A DNA stretch of 62,678 nt, filler included, from Chiloscyllium plagiosum (taxonomy: Eukaryota), in assembly GCF_004010195.1 (NCBI RefSeq). It is 4 parts of one record of this genome, joined end to end, with 100 filler letters (N's around TTAATTAATTAA, not from the genome) between each part and the next. Parts side by side here need not be neighbours in the genome. Positions count along the whole stretch, not along the records: positions 28,754 to 52,194 come from NC_057713.1; positions 52,295 to 59,890 come from NC_057713.1; 2 more parts are not named here. One strand, written 5' to 3'. Below, piece by piece: positions 49,790 to 59,990 of the stretch. A program made the position numbers and the translations under genes. How positions within the stretch are numbered: position 1 is the stretch's first letter; every line of letters starts with the position of its first letter. Below the pieces are notes generated by a model. The model was not told the DNA's origin. It saw only the letters and a program-made list of their open reading frames with translations, and did not search any database.

Positions 49790-51500
49790 CAGGAACAGTA
49801 TTAAGCCATTCAGCACATCGAGCCTGCTCCACCATTTAATAGGCTCATGATCAGTACAGTGCTCAGCAGTTAGCACTGCTGCCTGACATCACCAGGGACT
49901 GGGGTTCAATTCCAAGATCAGATGATTGTCTGTGTGGAGTTTGAACATTCCCCCTGTGTCTGCAAGAGGGTGCTCCTGTTTCATCCCACAATATAACAGT
50001 GTCCAGGTTAGGTGGATTGGTCATGTTAAATTGTCCTGTAGTGTGCAGGCTAGGTCGATTAGTCATGTATTATGGTGGGTGGGATGCTCCTCAGATGGTC
50101 AGTGCAAACTTGATTGGCCAAATGGCCTCTATCTCCACCATACAGTTTCTAATAAAACTCTTCAATGCCTTTTGTCCCTATTATCCTTTACACTATTTTA
50201 ACCAAAAATTTATCAACCCATACTTTAAAATACACAAAGACTAAGCTTCCACAGCACTCTGGGGTAAATAATTCCAAAGATTGAATAAAAAAGAAATTCT
50301 CTACATCTCAGACCAAATGGCATCCACCATTAACCAGGGGTAACATCCTTCCTGCATCTACCCTGTCTAATCCTTTAAGTATTCCAAAACAAGTATAAAT
50401 AAAAATTTCTGGAGAAGCTCAGCAGCTCCAGCAATATCTGTGGAAAGCAACAGTTAACACTTCAAGGGTCACTAGACTCAATATGTTATTGCTGTTTCAC
50501 AGATACAATCAGAACTGCTGAGTTTCTCCAGCAATTTCTCTTTTTGTTTGTTTCAGATTTCCAACATCCACAGTTCTTTTCATTACTTTACTTTATCTTG
50601 AAGTATTTTGTAGGTTTCAATGAGATCACCTCTCATTCTTTGACATCTAGAGAATATACTCCCAGTTTGCCCAGTTTTTCTTCATGGGCAGTCCTGTCAT
50701 TGAAGAACATTGGTGAACCTTAGTTGCACTCCCTACATGGCAATATCTTTCCTGAGCTAAGGAAACCAAAACTGCCCACAGTACTACAAGCGTGCTCTAA
50801 CTGACCTCTTATCCTATCAAAGGAAAACTTCAAATTCTGTTGCAATGAAGCCCCACATTTCATTAACCTTCCTAATAGTTTGCTGCACCTGCATGTTGGT
50901 TTTCAATGAATTATACATCTACACTTTCCAATCTCTTATTAAAGAAATAGTCTACACATCTCTTTTTCCTATCTATGTGGATAACCTCACATTTTTGCAC
51001 ATTATATTCCATCCGTTATGGCCTCGTCATCAAGCTTGTCCAAATCCTCCTTAAAATGTTTTATATCTTCCTCACAAGACACATTCCTGCTTAGCTTTGT
51101 GCCATCTGCATTGTACCCAGTCATGGTGAACAGCTGGGTCCAAGTACTGATCCTTGTGGTACCCCACTAGCCACAGTCTGTCAGTGTGAGAATGACCTAT
51201 TGGTTCATACTGTCTGTTTCCTGTCTATTAGCAAATCATTAATCTGTGTCAATACATCACCTCCTATTCCATGTGTTTTAATTATGCTAACCAACCTCCT
51301 GGGGGACTTTATCAAAAACTTCTGAAAATTCAAATGTATCTCTTCCATTTATCAATTTATTTTGCAGCTTCCTTAAAAAATTCCAAATATTTTGGCAACA
51401 CGACCTGCCTTTATAAATCTATGCTATCTCCAATCAGACCATTTTTATTGAACTGTCCATTCATCACCAACTTTATCATAGATTGTGTCATTTTCACCAT
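49790..51500 (-). mobile_element. Old CR1 LINE 3' portion with nested HE1 SINE (49855-50148, +) and PLE-type hairpin (50400-50580)
   Basis: Degenerate similarity to 9241-11000; nested elements recognised by the same motifs as other copies. Confidence 0.7.
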
Positions 51501-51509
51501 TTTTTTTAT

Positions 51510-51853
51510 ATAGAATCCCGACAGTGTGGAAACAGGGTCTTCATCCCAACAAGTCCACACCAACCCTCCGAAGAGTAACCCACCCAGACCCATTACCCCA
51601 CTCCATTATACTATATTTACCCCGACTAATGAGCCTAACCTACACATCCCTGAACACTATAGGCAATTTAGCCTGTTCAATTCACCTAACTTGCACACCT
51701 TTGGATTGTCAGGGGAAACCAGAGCACCCGGAGGAAATCCATGCAGACACGGGGAGAATGTGCAAACTCCACACAGTCGCCTGAAGCTGGAATGGAACCT
51801 GGGTCCCTGGTGCTGTGAGGCAACAGTGCTAACCACTGAGCCCCATGCCACCG
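51510..51853 (-). mobile_element. HE1-type SINE, full length
   Basis: Tail TAGAATCCC, V-domain and tRNA head on the minus strand. Confidence 0.9.
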
Positions 51854-51950
51854 TATTGATGCAAGACTAAAAAGTAGCAAAGCCCTGTAGATGCTGTCGA
51901 TCTGAAACAAAAATAGAAATTGCTGGAGAAACTCAGCAAGCCTGGCAGCA

Positions 51951-52143
51951 TCTAGAACATAGAACATAGAACAATACAGCACAGAACAGGCCCTTCGGCC
52001 CACAATGTTGTGCCGAACTTTGTCCTAGCTTAAGCACCTATCCATGTACCTATCCAATTGCCGCTTAAAGGTCACCAATGATGCTGACTCTGCCACTCCC
52101 ACAGGCAGCGCATTCCATGCCCCCACCAGTCTCTGGGTAAAGA
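51951..52143 (-). mobile_element. Young CR1 3' end
   Basis: (TAGAACA)n tail then ATACAGCACAGAACAGGCCCTTCGGCCC. Confidence 0.85.
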
Positions 52144-52194
52144 ACCAACCTCCTGGGGGACTTTATCAAAAACTTCTGAAAATTCAAATGTATC

Positions 52195-52294
52195 NNNNNN
52201 NNNNNNNNNNNNNNNNNNNNNNNNNNNNNNNNNNNNNNTTAATTAATTAANNNNNNNNNNNNNNNNNNNNNNNNNNNNNNNNNNNNNNNNNNNN
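52195..52294. other. Artificial contig linker N44-TTAATTAATTAA-N44
   Basis: Same 100-bp pattern as 28654-28753. Confidence 0.95.
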
Positions 52295-52527
52295 GTAGGT
52301 ATGGGACAGATGTTAGGGGTAGGTTCTTTACTCAGTGAGTCGTGAGTTCATGGAATGCCCTGCCAGTAGCAGTGGTGGACTCTCCCTCATTATGGGCATT
52401 TAAGCGGGCATTGGATAGGCATATGGAGGATAGTGGGCTAGTGTAGGTTAGGTGGGCTTGGATCAGCGCAACATCGAGGGCCGAAGGGCCTGTACTGCGC
52501 TGTATTCTTCTATGTTCTATGTTCTAT
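52295..52527 (+). mobile_element. Young CR1 3' end
   Basis: DVRGRFFTQ...WNALP; (TTCTATG)n tail. Confidence 0.85.
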
Positions 52528-52582
52528 AAAACGCCAAAGCTCAGAAGCTGGTTTGGTCCACAATACATGATCTCTGTCTGCG

Positions 52583-53521
52583 TATTACAATTGGCACGGA
52601 CCAGGCCGGACCCCCCTCAAAACATTTCAAGAAGGTAGCCCGTTGCTAATTATAGAGTCATAGTCAGACAGTCATAGAGATGTACAGCACGGAAACAGAC
52701 CCTTCGGTCCAACTTGTCCATGCCAACCAGATATCCCAACCCAATCTAGTCCCACTTGCCAGCACCTGGCCCATATCCCTCCAAACCCTTCCTATTCATA
52801 TACCCATCCAGATGTTTTTTAAATGTTGTAATTGTACCAGCCTCCACCACATCCTCTGGCAGCTCATTCCATACACGTACCACCCTCTGCATGAAAAAGT
52901 TGCCCCTTAGGTTTCTTTTATATCTTTCCCCGCTCACCCGAAACCGAGTTGTTTTAAGCAGGTGTAAAGTGGATATTCCAAGAGTGATGCATTTGGCCCA
53001 ACCACTTAGTTTTAAACAAATCTAAATTTATTTACAAGATTACAGAATGAAACTCAAACAAAAGAGAACAGAATATAGAATAACTTAACCCTATCCAAAA
53101 ACCCAACAGACTATCCCAACTTAATGATGCTGCTCCAAATTCCTGCAACAATCCCCACACACACCCCTTGGCACAAAATGTAAAATCAAATACAGGGTCT
53201 TACAGGTGTGACGGCAGAGAGATTCAACATGGAACACCTTCTTCCATGTAACTGTTTCTTTGACCAGCAGCCTCAAAACTGACTGATTGCTTTCTCTGAA
53301 CAGCCAGACTGCTAAAACCCAAACCCAACCCAAACTAAACTAGGGAAAAAAAAGAGCTGGGAGAACTGGCCACTCCTCTTTCATTGTATAAGTGTTTCTT
53401 TTTAAACTTAAAAGCTTCTTCAAGTAGATCAAGTCAGACATTTCGGAACCTGTGCCTTATAAAACACTTCTGGAAAAAAACCAAGGACAACACAACCTTG
53501 TAAAGGAGCAGCAACATCACA
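52583..53521 (-). mobile_element. Probable solo LTR interrupted by a CR1 3' end (52652-52940, minus)
   Basis: Ends CATCACA (TGTGATG on minus); AATAAA on minus at ~53030; the nested CR1 tail matches 19390-19680; TSD not confirmed. Confidence 0.5.
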
Positions 53522-55470
53522 CAATGAAAGCCCTAAAGCTGAAATTATGTAATCTAGCTCCTGTTACATTCATCGTAAAACTGATTCAAAAATTTGCAGC
53601 AATTCAGCTGTATCTCAATCATTGAACATCAATTAAATACTCTCAAAATACCTTTACCACTTCACTGAAAAAGGCATGGAATATAGAACATAAAAATGCT
53701 ATTGATTGTTTGAGGTTATACAATAACAAGATTCCTAACGTTCAAAAATGAAATATTGATCTTTAATTGTATTTGTTTAGTGCTAATCTTATGAAGTTGT
53801 TGTTTAACAAGGCACTAGAATAAATAGAACCTATTCATTTAAATTACTGGTGACTGGATGAATAAATGACTTAATCTTTGCGGAGGGTCAGAAATAGCCA
53901 GATATATGCTTACACTAGGCAGACTAGGTGATTTTATTTGGACAGTGAAAAGGATGTCTTTCTACTTTGGTCAGTCCACTCTGGATGAGTGCTGCATATT
54001 GTTGGCATGTTGATCATTTACTGAAGAGATGAGGAAGCTCTGTAATCTTGAATAGTTTTCAGTTATTGATGTGCAAGACTTAAAATTGCTCCTTTCAAAA
54101 CAATGCTGAAAATTATACCAGCATTTCAAAAAGTAAAACATAAATACATTGATGATTTTTGTTATTTCTGGTGCCAAAATAAGTGCTGTGTATTTCTACG
54201 AGTCATTTGTTTTTTTTTGATGGATAATGAACACCTCTGACATTACAGAAGTTCTGTGATTACAACAGATTGGATGCAGAATTTCAAAGACAATAACTAA
54301 AACAAAACCAAAATAATCCTTTCTGTGTTATGCATAATGAAACGGTCAATCTATTTGTAAAGAACAGATTTATGATTTCATTACACAGTGCAGAAAAAGT
54401 ACTCCCTCACTCTGAGCAAAGATAATGAAGTTCCAAATAATATTCCTGCATTATGCATTCTAAAATACATATATCTGCTTATTTTATTGTTTGATTGAAG
54501 TGTTGGAATCAGCCATGTTATTCTCATGCACTGCTCTGTACAGCTGACAATTCTTATTTTCCTGACACATTTAAAAGCCTGTTGAACAGTAGTTCAGGAA
54601 GCAGAGGTTCTGTTAAAGGTTAAATTTCCTCCCGACATCATGGCTTCCGGAACTGGTGCAGTTCCATATGTTGGGAATGCTTTCCCCATTGTTGTAGGTT
54701 GAGGAGCAGTAGTCCAATATTATATTTGACACACAAAGCTCCACAAACTAGCTCTCAGGGAATGGTGAGCAGCACCTAAACCCTTGACTGATTCACCGAC
54801 TCATGAGTTCTCATCAGGAACATGACAAATCTGGTGCTGCAGTAGAAATATTCCAGTTTTCAGTTGATGGTTCATGTTGATGCCATTCCCTATTTTCTTT
54901 ACACAAAGTTGCCATTTGCTCCATGATGATCAAGGCAATGATAGAAACTCAGTCCTAGGAAGTGGGGAATAATTCCTATTCTCTTTTTCTCATTTATGTC
55001 ATCTCAACCATATATTAAAACATCAACCCAAAACTCTGCATCTCGATTTTCCTCTGAATATGTATCACACTGCACCAATGTGATATTCTACAATTCTCGT
55101 ACAGCAATTTTCATGAACCTGTAGCTGAGATTGCCAACAGAGCACATCTTTCTTTGTGACTGAATAATTTTGTTTGCTGGAACGGCCTTGACAGAAAAGA
55201 TCTCAAATGTTATAGTCTTCATTCCGAGGAAGCTGGTACAGGACTAAGTGTGGCCCACTAATGGGGTGGATGGAGATCATGAGGCAACATGGATTGGCAG
55301 AGGAGCAATTAAGGGCTGTAGGGGTGTAAGTGGGTGGGGGGGGGGAGGGTTAGTGGGCATAAGTTGGCACTGAGTTGGAATTGAGCTTAGCTTTCAAAAG
55401 GTCCCTGAATCTAGGCAATGATTCACAGTGAGATACTGCAAATGAAGCATCGTCCCAAACACCATGTCAT

Positions 55471-55600
55471 TTCATAGAATCATAGAATCCCTACAGTGTG
55501 GAAGCAGGCCCTTCAGCCCATCGAGTCCACACTAAGCCTCTGAAGAGCATCCCATTAAAACCCACCCCAACCCTCTAACCTTGCATCTCCGATGGCTAAT
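55471..55600 (-). mobile_element. HE1-type SINE 3' fragment
   Basis: CATAGAATCATAGAATCCCTACAGTGTGGAAGCAGGCC tail; a similar plus-strand fragment lies at ~59265-59390. Confidence 0.75.
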
Positions 55601-56169
55601 CCACTGCTTTTGTAGGGGAACATTTACAGGGGCAAAGGACAGGCTTACCTTCCTCAATGGAACTAGTTGCATCCAGAGTGCAGGGGGCTAGCTCGTTAAC
55701 CTCATCCTTAACCTGGACCAGTGAGAACTTGTAGGCTGGGAATGAGAACACAGATCCTGGAACCAGAGCCTGGCCGCTGTAGTTTAACACCTCCAGAGTT
55801 GTCCTGACTCCATAAAAATGCAGGCTTGTTTAGTGTCAATCAATGTTAATTTTCTTCCCCGAATCCATGTCTATCAGGTGGCACTACCTCAACTAATCTT
55901 TCAGAGTATTCTGACAGCTAGCAAACTAAGGCACTTTCACTTCATTGGTTTGGACTGGATTTGAATGTATGCTACAGTAGTGAAAGGCACTTTGTGGATC
56001 GATCTCATCATCTAATAGCTAAACTGTGAACAAACTAGACACAAAATATTTATTCTTTCAAACATGTCACTCATACATGATGATTTATGTTTTTTTTTCT
56101 CAAATCTTCACATTACCACTGACATCAGAGGCACCCAGGGAGTTATGTATTGCCCATCAAGAGGGCTGA

Positions 56170-56905
56170 CCATATGCGTCCATTGAATCTATTTATGACT
56201 GAGGTCAATATATTTTTGGATTCTAGGGAATTTAGGCTTCAGCTGATAAATGACTAGTAAAACCTTTAATGGTGCAAGGCAAGGACTACCTTTGGAAAGA
56301 GAGAATCTAACCATCTCCCCTTGATATTCAATGGTATTACCATTATTGAATGACACACTATCAATATTCTGGGGCTTACTATTAACTAGAAACATACGTG
56401 AATCTCTCATATGAATACTATAACTACAAGAGCAGGTCAGATGCTGCTAAATCTGTGGTATGTAACTCAACTTGCTGAATCCTCGAAGTCTACAAGGCAC
56501 AATTCAACAATACCCTCCACTTGCCTGAATGAATGCAGCTCTAACAACATTGAGGAAGCTAAACATGATCGAGGACAAAGCAGCCAACAGATCTGAAACT
56601 CATCCATCTAAGATCACTACCACCTAGGATGACAAGGGCAAGGACAAGAGTTGCATGGAAATACCTTGTAAGTTCCCCATCAAGCCACATCGTACTTTGT
56701 ACAATATCGTTCTGTTATCTCAGTCCTTTCATCAAAATCCAGGAGCTCTCTCCCAAACAGTACTATGGGAATACCTTCATCACAGTAGACTACAGCAATT
56801 CAAGAAGGCAACATACTACCACCATCTAAAGGGCAATTCGTGATGAGTGACAAAAGCTGGCCGAGGCAGTCATGACAACATTCCCTGAAAGAATAAACAA
56901 AAAAA
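56170..56905 (+). mobile_element. Crack/Daphne-like LINE 3' portion (old)
   Basis: YKAQ motif, CACTTGCCTGAATGAATGCAGCT, QQFKKATYYHHLKGN, GAATAAACAAAAAAA tail. Confidence 0.65.
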
Positions 56906-57319
56906 CAAGTTCAACAATGCTGCCTTTCTTGGACTGGAAACGTACTGCCAATAAGAACATAAAGAGAATAAACTCTTATTTTGAAGATGTTATGTCAGAC
57001 TTAGGTTGATGATGATGCCAGAAGGATGTAGGAAACAGCTACTTTGCTGCACGATACATATCAAACTTATTGCAGAGTCAGTTATGGAAGAAATCTCACC
57101 TAAGGACAAAGAGAATTGGAGCAGGAACAGGGTGCTAGATCTCTGAACCCTCACTGTTTAATAGGACCATGCCTGATCTTTTTCATAGAAATCTCCCCAC
57201 ATCCTTTATGAAAGTGCAAGTGATTTCCTCTCAGGTCACGGAAATGAGAAACATTAAAGAAATTAAAGTGCAGCTGTGGTTTCTGACAGTGGAGACACTA
57301 ATTTTCTATGCCCTTGCTT

Positions 57320-57750
57320 TTCTTTTATTAGTTCAAGAGGTGTGGGCATTTTTGGCTGGACCAGCATTTATTGCCAATACGTAATTGTGCTTGAGAAGAT
57401 AGTGAGATGCCTTCTTGAACCACTGCAATCCATGTGATGTCGAGACACCCACAGTGCTGTTCGGCAGGGTGTTCCAGGATTTTTACCCAGTGACACTGAA
57501 GGAATGATGATACATTTCTAAGTCAGAATGGTAAGTCGCTTGCAGGTGATGGTGTTCCCATACATCTACTGTCCTTTGGAATCTAAACAGTAGAGTTTTG
57601 GTTTGGAAGGTACCATCTAAGGAGAATTGTTGCAATGCATCTTGTAGATAGTCCACACTGCTGGTGGTGCAGTAGGTGAATAGGGCGCCAATCAAGTGGG
57701 CTGCTTTATCCTGTTTGGGATTGGGTTTTCTGAGTATTGTTGGAACTGGT
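57320..57750 (-). mobile_element. Crack/Daphne-like LINE 3' end (old)
   Basis: Reverse complement of the same 3' end (CCAGCATTTATTGCC...CTTCTTGAACCACTGCA). Confidence 0.65.
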
Positions 57751-59429
57751 TACAGGTATTAAATGAATAAGAAAAGTCCCAGGGCTGACCGAATACTTTT
57801 GAGCACCCAAGCAATGAGGAGATTGGTCAAAACAGAATGTACAACAGTAGGCAGCAGACTCTCTGTGGTATCACGGCAACATATCATTTTTTCATTCCAA
57901 GAAAGCAGTCAGGTGCTCAGGCAAATGGGAAACTTGCCTATTTATAGCCCAATGCATGCTTTCTGCAGCTCACTGTGAATGAAAAAAGATTGCAGCAAAA
58001 TGTGAGAAAGCTGAGAGCTGTAAGAGTTCACGAGTAAGTGACAGCCCAATTGAAAGTCGCACAATAGACCCTCACTGCTCTCACTTGAGAAAGGAAGCAA
58101 TAATCTTTGGAATACTATATCAGTCAGACTACCAATTGTATTGACCAAACGAATCCACTTGCAAGCTTTTATTAGCCAAACTGACCTTTTCAAAAACCTC
58201 TCTGTTACTGGGGATTGTGTCACACCCCCAACCCCCACCACCATCCACCCCCCCCCCCCACCCCCCNNNNNNNNNNNNNNNNNNNNNNNNCGTGGTTACT
58301 AATTTCTGCAGCCCTGAGATAAAATAAATTCCTTTCATTGACTTTCAATCAATATGTTTCCAGTATTAATTTGTCTAAATATAAAATAGTTAGCAGTGTT
58401 TGCGCTGGCTTGGCCGAACCTGCTATTTAGGAAATGAAAGAAATCGCGCTTCTTCAAAAAATAAAGCAAAGGTGGCTGTGACCTCATAGCAGTGAGGATT
58501 ACATGAACAGATATATACTTCTACCTTCAAACCACTGATAATCACATTCTTCAAAATAAGCTAACACAAGGAATGGAGATGGACAGCTCAAATCTTCAAA
58601 GTCAAGTGATGTGAACAGTTGGTCATGTTTCTTTCATGAACTTTTAAGGTGGTCCCTTGGGATACAGAATGACTTCTCCCATTCTGGTGCGATGGGTTCA
58701 GAACTGTCTGATGCTCCCGATCTGCAGGTGTTGGCACCTTGTGACGCTCAAAGAGGTTGGCTGTGCACTCCCTTCAACCCTATCAACATTGCCTCCTTGC
58801 GGCCAAGCAAGCCTTCTCCACTTCCGTTAACTATAAGTCTCTCATCAGTTGGGTTGGGTTGGGGGGAACGTGGTGGTGAGCGGGAGTGGGGCTCAAACAC
58901 ATCTTCTTAGATATAAAGAATAACATGGTCCCAAGTGACAGGCTGGGGTGGGAATTTGATGGCTGGAGGTTATATGGAAACAGAGACTAGCAGACAGAGA
59001 AGGAAAGGTTATTAGAGGTTATAAGGTATGAGGTGATTGGGTTAGGATGGGGTTGTGCAGAGGTTTAAAGCAATCAGCTTGACAGGCCCTGTGCAGGACT
59101 TAAGGCTTTCTGGTTCGACCAGAATTTACTGCTCATCAGTAACTACCCTTGAAAGAATTTTGAATTTGATTTTATTTTCATGTGTATTTTACAGTAAAAA
59201 TACAATAAAATACAGTGAAAAACTTTCATTTGTTACAGCAAAACCGTGGGCCACCCATCAGGGATGTGTAGGTTAGGTGGATTAGCCACGTGATAGGGTA
59301 GGGGAGTGAGTCTGGGTGGGATGCTCTTCAAAGGGTCGATGTGGACTCGATGGGCCAAATGGCTTGCTTCCGCACTGTAGGAATTTTATGACTTTTCCTG
59401 CATCTACTTAAATAGCATAGTTGGCAAAC

Positions 59430-59697
59430 TCAGAGGGAGTTTAAGGGTCTATCAAATTGCTGTGGTTCTCGAGTCACCTGCAAACTAGACTGGGTAATTT
59501 TGGCAACTTTTCTTTCCCTTAAGGGTGTTCGTGAACCAAATGATAATCGAGTAGTTTCATGGTCACCCTTACTGGAACTAGCTTTTCTTTTTTCCAGATT
59601 GATTTAACTAATGGATCTCCATCTGTAGTAGTAAGATTTAAACTCCCTAGGGTTTAATGGCTTTGCATCATTATATCAAGCCTCAGGGTTACTAGTC
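59430..59697 (-). mobile_element. MetaSINE-like SINE remnant
   Basis: GAGTCACCTG...TTCCCTTAAGGGTGTTCGTGAACCA...GTTTCATGGTCACC reverse motif. Confidence 0.55.
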
Positions 59698-59890
59698 AAG
59701 AAAGTGAGGAGTGCAGATGCTGGAGATCAGGGCTGAAAATGTGTTGCTAGAAAAGCGCAGCAGGTCAGGCAGCATCCAAGGAACAGGAGAATCGACGTTT
59801 CGGGCATAAGCCCTTCTTCAGGAATGAGGAAAGTGTGTCCAGCAGGCTAAGATAAAAGGTAGGGAGGAGGGACTTGGGGGAGGGGCGTTG
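59698..59890 (-). mobile_element. Young PLE pseudo-LTR end, cut by contig linker
   Basis: Nearly identical to 28157-28318; full terminal AGAAAGTGAGGAGTGCAGATGCTGGAGATCAG. Confidence 0.85.
59790..59825 (-). ncRNA. Minimal type I hammerhead ribozyme motif with intact core
   Basis: Minus strand attc CTGAAGA a gggc-ttat-gccc GAAAC GTC gatt: perfect stem II, GUC cleavage triplet. Confidence 0.72.
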
Positions 59891-59990
59891 NNNNNNNNNN
59901 NNNNNNNNNNNNNNNNNNNNNNNNNNNNNNNNNNTTAATTAATTAANNNNNNNNNNNNNNNNNNNNNNNNNNNNNNNNNNNNNNNNNNNN
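59891..59990. other. Artificial contig linker N44-TTAATTAATTAA-N44
   Basis: Same 100-bp pattern as 28654-28753. Confidence 0.95.
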
